From sequence record MW057919.1: 64,000 nucleotides of DNA. One strand, 5' to 3'. Each line of letters begins with the position of its first letter. Within the stretch, counting starts at the first letter, position 1. The notes below the pieces were generated by a model. That model was not told the DNA's origin, searched no databases, and saw nothing but the letters and a program-made list of their open reading frames with translations. A program made the position numbers and the translations under genes. Of this stretch, positions 31,170 through 45,706 are shown one piece after another.

Positions 31170-32477
31170 ATGTCTCTACTTAAAATGCTAGACAAACTAT
31201 CACTTGAATCAATTGAAGATCAAGGCACTACGATTCATGGTGATGTTGAATTAGTCGTTGAAAATGAAACTTCTGCTGATGTATCATCCGTTTTAGCAGA
31301 AGTAGATCAGATTGAGAATAATCCCGTAGAAGAAGTTCTTGATGCAGATGATGCTGTTCAACCCACTGCATTAGATACTGAAGTGACTATTGTTCAAGCT
31401 GAAGATGAATTAGGCCTAATTGAAGATGCTAAAGAAGCACTTGAAAAGTTCCAAGGTCTTTTACTTCAAGCTGGTGAAGATGGTATCTCTCGTCAAGCAG
31501 CTGCCTTCATGCATGTTGGCATGGAATCAATTGATCGTATCCTAGGTATTGAAAAATCTGGACTCACTGCCGCGCTTGAGAATTACGATGCTTCTCCACG
31601 CAGCGCTATTCAGAAAGCAGCAGTTATCTCTCTTGAGGATCTCAAAGAGAAACTAAAAGAAGCAGGTAAGAAAGCTTTAGAGATTATCAAGAAGATTGTT
31701 GCAATGATAAAGCAGAAGATTAAAGATTTTAATCCTAAGCTGATTGCACTCGATATGCGTATTACTAAAACTATTGATGCTATTAAATCACTCAAAGCCG
31801 GTGATCTAAAGAAAGAAGAAATTAAGTTCACTCCTTCTGAGTATATGGTATCTAGTAGTGGCTTTATTGCAAATAATCCGAAGACTATTGCAGACTTCAT
31901 GACTGTATTCTCAACTCAGTATGTATCTGCTCTTAGGAAATATGGCGAACTTGGAGTACGTTATCTCAAAGGTGACAAGTCTATTGATATTGATCAAGTC
32001 ACCAGTGATTTACAAGCTAAGATGGCTGAAGATATTAATAAAGCCGTTGAGAAAGCTCCTGGTAATGTTAAGTTAGAAGTTACTTCTTCTAAGTCGGGTG
32101 TGAATAAGTGGGAAGTTGTTGAGGGTGATGGGGAAACGGATCTACATGAAGTTGAAGTTGATGTCCGTGCACCGAGTAAAATCTTAGCACATCTTAATAT
32201 TCTTAAAGGTCTTGTTATTAAACTACAGGACTTTAATAAGATTGATTACAAGATTGCTGAGAATCTTGAAAAGGCCCTAGCTGATTGGAATCCTGACGAA
32301 GCAGGCATGTCAAAAGAAACAGCGCGTGATGCACTGAATATTGGTGGCATTGACAATAGTGCACTAGTTAACTATATTGCTAAATGTATCGCTGCGCAAT
32401 ATACATTTATTGTTAAATATGAACTAGCTGCATATGGCAAAGAAACTTCTAAAGCATCTGAGAATGATGAGAAGTAA
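31170..32477 (+). CDS. Inner head protein, gp93 paralog family
   Basis: 435 aa; AGEDGISRQAAAFMHVGMESID motif shared with the next two genes; ALE and SLE sites. Confidence 0.85.
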   Translation: MSLLKMLDKLSLESIEDQGTTIHGDVELVVENETSADVSSVLAEVDQIENNPVEEVLDADDAVQPTALDTEVTIVQAEDELGLIEDAKEALEKFQGLLLQAGEDGISRQAAAFMHVGMESIDRILGIEKSGLTAALENYDASPRSAIQKAAVISLEDLKEKLKEAGKKALEIIKKIVAMIKQKIKDFNPKLIALDMRITKTIDAIKSLKAGDLKKEEIKFTPSEYMVSSSGFIANNPKTIADFMTVFSTQYVSALRKYGELGVRYLKGDKSIDIDQVTSDLQAKMAEDINKAVEKAPGNVKLEVTSSKSGVNKWEVVEGDGETDLHEVEVDVRAPSKILAHLNILKGLVIKLQDFNKIDYKIAENLEKALADWNPDEAGMSKETARDALNIGGIDNSALVNYIAKCIAAQYTFIVKYELAAYGKETSKASENDEK

Positions 32478-32481
32478 CAAA

Positions 32482-32519
32482 CATAATGAGGAACCCTTCG
32501 GGGTTCCTCTTATGCTATG
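32482..32519. terminator. CATA-hairpin(UUCG)-TATG element / possible late promoter
   Basis: CATA-AT-GAGGAACCC-TTCG-GGGTTCCTC-T-TATG-C-TATG. Confidence 0.75.
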
Positions 32520-32546
32520 TAATTAAGTATTCTTGAGGAATTGTAA

Positions 32547-34064
32547 ATGAACTTAAATAAGTTACTTGATAGTTTAGAAGGTTATGGTGTTGTCGAAGTA
32601 AAAGAAAAAGTCGCGAAAGCCAAACTAAAGCACGCTGCTACAGACGACAAGCAAATATCTAAAGAACCAGAAGAAGCTGCCAAATTAATTGATGAATTAC
32701 CAAATGATGTAAAAGCAACTAATAATGGGTTAGATGTTGAAGAAGCACATAAACCTAATATCCATTGGAAATCAGATCGTGGTTTAGTTACTGAAGTTGA
32801 TTCATTTGGTAAAACATACGTCGCATCAGAAGAATATCCAGCATCACCCCATGATACCCGAGAAAGTCCTGATAATAGACCTACACCAGTGGATGGTAAA
32901 GATTTAGATAGTGATGATGATCATTTAAATATCTTTGCGTATGATGCACCTCCATCTCAAAACATGACATATCAGCTAAATCAATTACTGCATGCGCGTA
33001 CTAGTTTAGAATGTTTTATAGATTTATTAAATACCGCTGGTGATAGAGGTATTACTAAACAATCAGCTGCTTTTATGCACGTTACATTAGAATCAATTGA
33101 TAAGCTTATCGGCTTTGAAAAGATTAGTATTGAAGATTTTAATGCAACCCCTAGCAGCGCTATGCGTTTTGTAAATATTTCTCAAGAAGAAATAAAAGAA
33201 CGTATTGAAAGTATAGGTAAAAAGATACTTGCTTTAATAGTCCATGTTATTGAACAAGCTAAAGTAGCGGCACAGCGTGTACTAACTGGAATCAAATCAG
33301 TTGAAGATAAAACTGATGAGTTAATTGAAAAAGCGAAAAGTTTAATCAATAAGCCAACTGTATCAAATGAAAGGGTAACACCTGATTTTGATATGTCAAT
33401 TAAAATTGACAATCCTAAAATGTTATTCATTGGTGATGAATTTGTTTTAGACGATTTAACTAATGAAACAAAAGTTAGTCAATTTCTAGCTAAAGAATGG
33501 CCAAATATAGCTAGATCAAACATTGATAAAGTAGTTAAATTAATTAAAGACTACGACTTAGAAGATAATGAACTAGATAAGTTTAAAGAGGCTTTTGAAT
33601 TTATTGGTGAAGCTAATCAGTTAGATAAAGTAAAAGATACTTCTCTACCTGGTAATAGTAAACTTATATTCCAGAAAGATAAATATGCTCCACGACTTGG
33701 TGAAGATAAACATGGTGATGGTCCAGATACAATCACGATCGAGCCAAGGCCGCCTGTTGAAGTGCGTAAAACATTAGAAGTTAATAAAGAAGCTATTCGT
33801 CGTTTAGGTGATCTATTTAAAGCTGAAAAAGATGTCCTTGAACAACTGAAGAAGGTTGCACAGGGCATTGAGGACATGGAGCTACGTAGGTCTAAAGCTA
33901 TTTGGAAAGGTGCTCGTGATGATGCAAAGGAGATTATATCTTTAGTTAATGGCTTTATTACCGATATGTCACCAGAATACGCAACACTAATTAGTTACCT
34001 ATTACGTATTGCAAAGCAACGAAATGCTGTTTGTAATATGGAATTAGAAAGATATGGCCAATAA
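32547..34064 (+). CDS. Inner head protein, gp93 paralog family (gp94 position)
   Basis: 505 aa; AGDRGITKQSAAFMHVTLESID motif. Confidence 0.85.
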   Translation: MNLNKLLDSLEGYGVVEVKEKVAKAKLKHAATDDKQISKEPEEAAKLIDELPNDVKATNNGLDVEEAHKPNIHWKSDRGLVTEVDSFGKTYVASEEYPASPHDTRESPDNRPTPVDGKDLDSDDDHLNIFAYDAPPSQNMTYQLNQLLHARTSLECFIDLLNTAGDRGITKQSAAFMHVTLESIDKLIGFEKISIEDFNATPSSAMRFVNISQEEIKERIESIGKKILALIVHVIEQAKVAAQRVLTGIKSVEDKTDELIEKAKSLINKPTVSNERVTPDFDMSIKIDNPKMLFIGDEFVLDDLTNETKVSQFLAKEWPNIARSNIDKVVKLIKDYDLEDNELDKFKEAFEFIGEANQLDKVKDTSLPGNSKLIFQKDKYAPRLGEDKHGDGPDTITIEPRPPVEVRKTLEVNKEAIRRLGDLFKAEKDVLEQLKKVAQGIEDMELRRSKAIWKGARDDAKEIISLVNGFITDMSPEYATLISYLLRIAKQRNAVCNMELERYGQ

Positions 34065-34151
34065 ATATATCTAAGTGTTCATTTTTATCTAAGTACCTAA
34101 TTCTATGGTTTATTGTTAAACGCGCGCAAAGAAATTCCTTGAGGAAATAAC

Positions 34152-35795
34152 ATGACATTTAAACTCAATGAGTATCTAGATAGTCTAGAAGACTATACTG
34201 AGGTACCTATTCCTGAAACAGCAGTTGATAAAGTAGCAGCCATGACTAGTGGCGATTGTATTTCTGAAGACGCTGTACCTGAAAATACTATTCAAGATGT
34301 GACTGACAATAATGTTGGTGTAACACCAACTGCACCAGTGGATGCAGATACCACTATTGTTAATACTCCTAATAATGGCGTTATTGTTGAGACTCCAGCT
34401 GCTACTCTAGTTGAACAACCAGCTGTACCAGTTACCGTAGTTGAAACAGATGTAGTAACAGAAGTACCCCCTATTCCTGAACAACCTAATATTGCTGTTG
34501 AAACAGTTATTCCAGCAGGTGCCGAAGGAGAGGAACCACAAGGTGGTGAAACAGTAACTCAGCAAATCGCTGATCAGGCTGCCAAAGATAGTTCTATTCC
34601 ACTAGCGCATAATGGCGTGGTGCCACAGATCGCTGTTGCAGTGGATATGGATAAACCTACTGATTTCATGGACATTGGTAATGCACAAGTAGTTACTACA
34701 GCAGTGCAAGATATTAATCAAGGTCTAAATACCGCATATGCCCTAGAGTCGATTAAAGCTCTTGTTCGACAAGCTGGTATTAATGGTATCAGTCAAAGTA
34801 CAGCTGCATTTATTCATTCTGCACTCTTACCACATCGTCATGTACTTGGTGATAATACTTTAACTAGCTCATTAGAAAACTATACGACTGGTGGTAAAAG
34901 TCATTTATATCCAGTTAAGATTTCAACTGAGGATATTAAAGAGTTAAGTCGTAAGGCGCTTGCTTATATCAAGAAAGCTATTGCTAAACTACGTGAAATT
35001 ATTAGCCACGTATGGGATAGTCTTAAGAATAGTGTACCGCGTGTGAGTGTAAAAGTTGATGAACTCATTTTAGCTATCCAAAATGCTAAGTTTGAAAATA
35101 TACCCAGTGAATTAACGGTTCCTGTTAAAAATGGTGGACCCGTATTTGCTAATGGTAAATTCATTCAGCCTTCAGCTAACGTTGGATATGGCCCTATCGT
35201 TAAATGGATGGCATCTGTATATGCAAAAGACTATGCTACCTACCTAACGAATATTGGTACTGTGCTTAAAGCTTGGGATCCAGAGCGTAATGATGCTAGT
35301 GAACTAGTTGAGAAGATGGACAAACTTCAAGATGGACCTCTCAAACACTACGCTAGTACATCTAACACTTTACCGGGTAATAAGCTTGTAACTACGACTG
35401 CTACTCAAGTATATCTAACGGATGATGAGACAGCCGCAGAACCTGGCACTGAAGTGACTTTAAAGAACTTTGATAAGAGTCAAGCTAAGAAAGAAGCGGT
35501 AGCTCTACGTAATCTGGTTGATGATGCAGCTGATGTTATCACTGGCGGTCGGAATATTGTTAAAGCCATTAAGCAACTTGAAGATGATGTTGATCAACTT
35601 TCACGGAAACTAGAGAGTGATAAAATCGACGATGTTTCTAAAGAACAGATCGAAGAAGTATCACGTAAGGTAGCATCTATTATTACAGATAGTGCACCTA
35701 AACATGACTCCATTATTCGTGAAGCAATGCGTTACGCAAATACTGCAACTGGACTTTATAATAGTGTAATTAACACTAAATTCCAAGCAGAATAA
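34152..35795 (+). CDS. Inner head protein, gp93 paralog family (gp95 position)
   Basis: 547 aa; AGINGISQSTAAFIH motif, SLE and STE sites, acidic Pro/Val/Thr-rich propeptide. Confidence 0.85.
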   Translation: MTFKLNEYLDSLEDYTEVPIPETAVDKVAAMTSGDCISEDAVPENTIQDVTDNNVGVTPTAPVDADTTIVNTPNNGVIVETPAATLVEQPAVPVTVVETDVVTEVPPIPEQPNIAVETVIPAGAEGEEPQGGETVTQQIADQAAKDSSIPLAHNGVVPQIAVAVDMDKPTDFMDIGNAQVVTTAVQDINQGLNTAYALESIKALVRQAGINGISQSTAAFIHSALLPHRHVLGDNTLTSSLENYTTGGKSHLYPVKISTEDIKELSRKALAYIKKAIAKLREIISHVWDSLKNSVPRVSVKVDELILAIQNAKFENIPSELTVPVKNGGPVFANGKFIQPSANVGYGPIVKWMASVYAKDYATYLTNIGTVLKAWDPERNDASELVEKMDKLQDGPLKHYASTSNTLPGNKLVTTTATQVYLTDDETAAEPGTEVTLKNFDKSQAKKEAVALRNLVDDAADVITGGRNIVKAIKQLEDDVDQLSRKLESDKIDDVSKEQIEEVSRKVASIITDSAPKHDSIIREAMRYANTATGLYNSVINTKFQAE

Positions 35796-35808
35796 TGATA
35801 AGTGACGA

Positions 35809-35843
35809 CATATCGACGGGGCTCGGAAGAGTCCCGTCTTATG
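35809..35843. terminator. CATA-hairpin-TATG element / possible late promoter
   Basis: CATA-TC-GACGGGGCTC-GGAA-GAGTCCCGTC-T-TATG, 13 nt before the next start. Confidence 0.7.
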
Positions 35844-35856
35844 TTAGGAGTTAGCA

Positions 35857-36972
35857 ATGGAATTAATTGATATTTATAAAGATACTCCAGATGAAATGAT
35901 TATTGATCTTGATGAACCTAAAAGACTTGCAGATTTATTATCAGGCGATGAAGCGTTAGCTAGGCGAGTGATGGATCTATTAGGCGGTATGGAAGATTAT
36001 AATCAGATCCAAGGGGTTATCAAAGAATTAGAGGATGTTGTATCTACTGAAGATATTAGTGATACTATTAAACATGTTATTGATCGAGTTATAAAACTAT
36101 TTGTTACCACTATTGAGAAACTGATGGATAGTGGAGTAGTGCTAGCAGCTACTGCTGAATATGTTGCAATTCGAGCAGAAAACTTACGAGTTAACAGTCG
36201 TGCTAGAACTCGTAAAAATAAGAATCCTACATTTCTAATTACAACTCGTATTCAGAACTTAAGTGTTAGATATAAACCTATTACCAATAGTGCTAATTTG
36301 TTATCTCACTTACGCGTATTGGAGACAGTAGTTGATGGGTATATCAATGGATTAGACAATGTGATTCTAAGGCCAGCTAATATCATACCTTCGTATATGA
36401 ATCCAAATGCTAGTCCAGATGCTTTAGCAGAACTACTATTAAATAGTGCCCCAACTAAAATAACCACACCATCTGTTTATCGCGATCAAGGTAATCGATT
36501 TGTATCATTGCATTTGCTAGGTAATCATCAAATTGTAATTAACTATAATCCCGATAAGAATGCAAGTGCTTATGATCAGTGTAGGGATATTTCTTCACGG
36601 TTAGTTCCATCTGAAGAAACCCCTAGACCACTACCAGTCGAAATAGAATTTGAACATTTCAACCATCAAGTTACTGAAAGTATTATTGATCGAGTTGTTA
36701 AGGTAGTTGATAAGATCAATCGTGCAAATGCTGCATCAATGCGTACTCGTCGAAATGAACGGTTAAGGACTCTTAAAGGTGCATTAATCAGGTTTAGAGA
36801 TGAACTAACACGTGCTCGTAATGAAGGGCGACCTGATAGAGAAATACAAGAACTTGTTTCATTGGTAGAAACATATGTTGATTGGTTGGCTATTCCTTAT
36901 CACGACCTATTTAAATTAACATGTCGTAATTTGACTGCCATACTCAATGTATGCGATGAAAATCTAAAGTAA
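35857..36972 (+). CDS. Head protein (gp96 position)
   Basis: 371 aa; GME and STE sites; AGGAG RBS. Confidence 0.8.
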   Translation: MELIDIYKDTPDEMIIDLDEPKRLADLLSGDEALARRVMDLLGGMEDYNQIQGVIKELEDVVSTEDISDTIKHVIDRVIKLFVTTIEKLMDSGVVLAATAEYVAIRAENLRVNSRARTRKNKNPTFLITTRIQNLSVRYKPITNSANLLSHLRVLETVVDGYINGLDNVILRPANIIPSYMNPNASPDALAELLLNSAPTKITTPSVYRDQGNRFVSLHLLGNHQIVINYNPDKNASAYDQCRDISSRLVPSEETPRPLPVEIEFEHFNHQVTESIIDRVVKVVDKINRANAASMRTRRNERLRTLKGALIRFRDELTRARNEGRPDREIQELVSLVETYVDWLAIPYHDLFKLTCRNLTAILNVCDENLK

Positions 36973-37071
36973 GATTCCAGCGCAATATTTTGAATGTTAA
37001 CGTTCGTCGCTTGGAGTTATGACTAAGACGAATAGCATAACTCATAAACTCTGTACAGAAGGTATATTAAC

Positions 37072-39522
37072 ATGATGGTAAATATTCACAAATATGTAGC
37101 CAGCCTTGAGAACCAAGATGGTACGGCTGTGGAACAGGATGTATCCAAAGTCGAGACATCTGTTAAAGATGATCATGAACTAGTTCAAGATTTAAAGAAA
37201 GATAATGATGCATCTGCAACTATTGAGAATGAAACTGTTAAAACAGATACTGATATTATCTCTGCTGAAGAACATGAAGAAACAGCACATGCTGCTGATA
37301 AGTCAGCAGTAATTGTTGAAGAAGTTGTACCAGAAGAAACTGTTGTTGAGGAAAGTATTCCTGAACCGCTAGCTACCACTAGTGTCGAAGAAGGCGAAGA
37401 AGCAGTTAAAGTTGCTGAAGCTGAAATCGCTGAAGAAATCGGTACAATTTCTGAAGGCGGTAAAGAGGTTTTAGATTCAACCACTGAAATTATTGAAGCT
37501 GCACAAGATGCGGCTGATGATACTGAACTAGTACCTGTTGCAGAAGCACCTGGTGAAACAGCAGTGGAATTAACCCCCACTGAAGAAACCCCACTTGGTG
37601 ACGAAACTCCACCGCCTGCACCACTATCTGAGGAACTTCCAGCTGGTGATGAACCTGTTTCATCAACCATGGATACACTACCAGATGAAGTGTTAGATGC
37701 TGGTGAAGTTGTAAGTGAAGCAGTCCCTGGTATTGATGACGATGTAACTCCTGAAGAAGCCGGTGCTGAGCAAACAACTGCTGATGAAAGTTCCAATGAT
37801 GAACCTGAGACAGAGATCACTGAAACAGAAGAAGTCGAAATTACTGAACCAGCTGTAGCTGATGCTGAAACAGAAGTTGTTGAAACCGTAGAAGATACGC
37901 CGGATACAACTGATAGTGAAGTAGCTGAAGTAGTAGAGGCGGAATCTGAAAGTGTTCCTGCTGAAGCTGAACCAGATGAAATCGTAGCAGTTGATGAAGA
38001 AGTAGCTGTAACTGATCCAATTGTAGAAGAAGCTGCCGAAACAGCAGAAGTAGCTGAAGAAGGCTTAAGCGAATTGGAAGAAGTTCGGGATGAAGCTGAA
38101 GAAGAATTAACTAATGATGACAGTGATTCTACTGATGTATTAATCAATGAAGCTGAAACTGAAGAAACAGTTGCTGAAACCGAAACGGCATCTACTATTT
38201 CCGAACCAACAATTGAAGAAGGTGCTGTTGAAGACGACAGTGAAACAATTGTTGCAGAAACAGATGATGACGTTTCAGAAGATGACATCGAAGAAAAGTT
38301 AGCTGAAGGTGAAATTGACATCCCGGATGTTGACGTAGAAGTAACTGAAGATGATGTTGAAGAAGCTGACGAGACTGCTGATGAGGCAGTTGAAGAAGCC
38401 GATAAGCTTGAAGATGACATTGAAGATGGTAAGAAAACCATTGGTCAATTACTTGAAGAGCAGGCATCAAATGAATCCATGCTTGAGATTCTACATTATG
38501 GCCTAGAACATAAGCAATATAGTCCTCAGTTCATCGTACATGCTAATAGCTGTTTAGAACGCCTGCATAACGCCTTTGATGTCTATTCACCTGGTGTTCC
38601 AGCAATGGAAGATTATGGTTATGGTAATCTAGAAGATTACTATAAGGCGATGGTTACTTCGCTAGAATCATTTAATAGCACTATTGGTAAGTTTGTTCGA
38701 AATATTATCGACAACATTGCTGAAGGTGCAAATGCATCCATCCATGTTAAAGCTAACCAAAAAGAACTAGCCGCAGCTAATACTAAAGCTGACCAACTTC
38801 TAGTTAAGCTTAAAGATACTGATAATTTTGAAAATAAAGAAATCAAAATTAATGGTATTCTAAAAGGTGATGATAATCTAGTACGCGGTGTTGCTGGAGA
38901 AGTTCGTCGTATTAGCGATATTATTAACAAATGCTTCAAAATCGATGGTGAATACATCGAACGTTTAGTTGGTCACCTATCAACTGCTATTGAAGCTGAT
39001 AGTGAAGAAGCTATTGATAAGGCTCTAGAAGAAGCAACTAAATTAGAAGTACCTGTTAAGAAATATCCTGAGAGTTCATTTATCAGTGGAAAACTAGAAG
39101 GTAGTTTTACCTTCGAGAAGTCTGGCCGTGATGTAACTGGTCGCACTAGTAAAGATATTGAACGATTAGCTGCTATTGCACTTCCAACTGGTGAATGGGG
39201 TGCTACCGGTACTGCTACTGCTAAAGTTAGCCGTAAGGACGTTACTGAACTAATGAAACTTTCTAAAGTTCTAATTGGTCTTGGTAATGCCTCTCTAAAA
39301 GTTAGCGGTAACCGCGGTGTACGTCGTCTTGACCAAGCTAACCGTGATATCTCTAAAGTGGCTAGCATGGATAGTAAAGCCGGTAAAAAGAAAGTCCGGC
39401 AACTAGCTAGTGCAGTATGGGAAGTTGTTGGCCAATCGGCTGAAAACCACACCGTTCTAGTTGATTACATTGTAGCTCTTACCAATGCAATTAACACTGC
39501 TGTGAATCGTGCCATTAAGTAA
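37072..39522 (+). CDS. Inner-body protein with very long acidic propeptide (gp97 position)
   Basis: 816 aa; N-terminal ~470 aa Glu/Asp/Ala/Thr/Val-rich; AME and SLE sites before the globular domain. Confidence 0.87.
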   Translation: MMVNIHKYVASLENQDGTAVEQDVSKVETSVKDDHELVQDLKKDNDASATIENETVKTDTDIISAEEHEETAHAADKSAVIVEEVVPEETVVEESIPEPLATTSVEEGEEAVKVAEAEIAEEIGTISEGGKEVLDSTTEIIEAAQDAADDTELVPVAEAPGETAVELTPTEETPLGDETPPPAPLSEELPAGDEPVSSTMDTLPDEVLDAGEVVSEAVPGIDDDVTPEEAGAEQTTADESSNDEPETEITETEEVEITEPAVADAETEVVETVEDTPDTTDSEVAEVVEAESESVPAEAEPDEIVAVDEEVAVTDPIVEEAAETAEVAEEGLSELEEVRDEAEEELTNDDSDSTDVLINEAETEETVAETETASTISEPTIEEGAVEDDSETIVAETDDDVSEDDIEEKLAEGEIDIPDVDVEVTEDDVEEADETADEAVEEADKLEDDIEDGKKTIGQLLEEQASNESMLEILHYGLEHKQYSPQFIVHANSCLERLHNAFDVYSPGVPAMEDYGYGNLEDYYKAMVTSLESFNSTIGKFVRNIIDNIAEGANASIHVKANQKELAAANTKADQLLVKLKDTDNFENKEIKINGILKGDDNLVRGVAGEVRRISDIINKCFKIDGEYIERLVGHLSTAIEADSEEAIDKALEEATKLEVPVKKYPESSFISGKLEGSFTFEKSGRDVTGRTSKDIERLAAIALPTGEWGATGTATAKVSRKDVTELMKLSKVLIGLGNASLKVSGNRGVRRLDQANRDISKVASMDSKAGKKKVRQLASAVWEVVGQSAENHTVLVDYIVALTNAINTAVNRAIK

Positions 39523-39526
39523 CAAA

Positions 39527-39559
39527 CATAACGGGGAGCCTTCATGGCTCCCTTTTATG
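39527..39559. terminator. CATA-hairpin-TATG element
   Basis: CATA-AC-GGGGAGCC-TTCAT-GGCTCCC-TTT-TATG. Confidence 0.7.
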
Positions 39560-39587
39560 CTGTTAGACCATGATCTTATGATCTTAA

Positions 39588-42643
<3,056 letters not shown>

Positions 42644-42647
42644 TACC

Positions 42648-44613
<1,966 letters not shown>

Positions 44614-44637
44614 GTGGAGGGTTTATTTAGGTGTATT

Positions 44638-45060
44638 ATGGAACAACTATTTATACGAGTTGATGTGAGGTGGTCACAACAATTCTTTTCTGAATTAAAA
44701 CAATACTTTAATTATACCGCAAAAGATGAAGATGATCTTAACTACTTGATCATTCTTTATATTAAAGAACGACATAATTTCTTTTGGACATGTGTTCCAG
44801 ATAGATACAATGATGTAATGTGTAGTTTCTATAAATCAATTTGTGGTTATCCAATAAATCCTAATATCATTGCAAATAGATTTGATCAACTCTATCGTGA
44901 GATTATGAATAGCTTATTACAAATAAAAGGTATTATCAAAGATATAGTTGCTGTTAAAACAAAAGAAGGGGATATCGAGGGATTCATTATACATTCTGAA
45001 TCACTACCTAGGTCCTATCCAAGACCTACTAATTGGAAAGGTGTATTTGAAAGATCTTAA
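44638..45060 (+). CDS. Hypothetical protein
   Basis: 140 aa from ATG 44638 (AGGTG RBS); GTG 44614 lies inside a hairpin. Confidence 0.7.
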   Translation: MEQLFIRVDVRWSQQFFSELKQYFNYTAKDEDDLNYLIILYIKERHNFFWTCVPDRYNDVMCSFYKSICGYPINPNIIANRFDQLYREIMNSLLQIKGIIKDIVAVKTKEGDIEGFIIHSESLPRSYPRPTNWKGVFERS

Positions 45061-45072
45061 AAAGTATATTAC
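45056..45072 (+). promoter_or_regulatory. phiKZ-type early promoter (CTTAA-AAAG-TATATTAC)
   Basis: Exact TATATTAC core at 45065-45072. Confidence 0.75.
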
Positions 45073-45099
45073 ACATATGAACTAATGTGGAGTATATAC

Positions 45100-45225
45100 A
45101 TGGAAAACATCCCTTTAAATAAACCTAAACAACCGGTAGTACCTGAAACATGGATAAAACTTCATCATGTGGTCGTGTTATTCATTCTCTCACTAATAGG
45201 AACTTTAATCTTCAATGGTATTTAG
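45100..45225 (+). CDS. 41-aa membrane peptide
   Basis: TGGAG RBS; MENIPLNKPKQPVVPETWIKLHHVVVLFILSLIGTLIFNGI; not in the ORF track. Confidence 0.6.
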   Translation: MENIPLNKPKQPVVPETWIKLHHVVVLFILSLIGTLIFNGI

Positions 45226-45233
45226 GAGGACAT

Positions 45234-45626
45234 ATGTCATTTATAATTGCTATATGTCTAGCAGTAATGGTAATAGGTATTTTTACTATTGGATCTAAAG
45301 TTAGAGCTTTATGGTATCTTATAAATGGTAAAACTTTAAATGAGCATAAGAAATGGCGCGCAGACTTCAATGAAGTAATTCAATGGCTTCATGAAGGTGC
45401 TTTCTTTACTAAATCAGGTTTATTTAAAGATCAAGCTATCTCGATTAGATTGTGTGAGCTATCGCGCAGTAAGAAATTATTCCCAATGCTACGGCGTTCT
45501 AAGTTCGAAGTTATAACTGCTAAGGTATTTAGGGAAATAACTGGTGAGCCTTCAGAGTATAATTATTACTTGAAATTTAATAAGGCTTATATTGGCTTCT
45601 ACAACGCTAATCCAGAAATCCAATAA
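45234..45626 (+). CDS. Membrane-anchored hypothetical protein
   Basis: 130 aa from ATG 45234 (GGAGG RBS); N-terminal MSFIIAICLAVMVIGIFTIG. Confidence 0.75.
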   Translation: MSFIIAICLAVMVIGIFTIGSKVRALWYLINGKTLNEHKKWRADFNEVIQWLHEGAFFTKSGLFKDQAISIRLCELSRSKKLFPMLRRSKFEVITAKVFREITGEPSEYNYYLKFNKAYIGFYNANPEIQ

Positions 45627-45706
45627 GCCTGGAAATGCACCCAATCTAATGAGAAGGTCTATGTTTTGATCTTCTCATTAGTACTCTTGTAGAAGGAGCC
45701 ATTATC

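Noticed and set aside
37185-38441. 418-aa Ser-rich ORF on the minus strand
   Set aside because: Antisense shadow of the GAA/GAT/GCT-rich acidic propeptide; no RBS or independent features.
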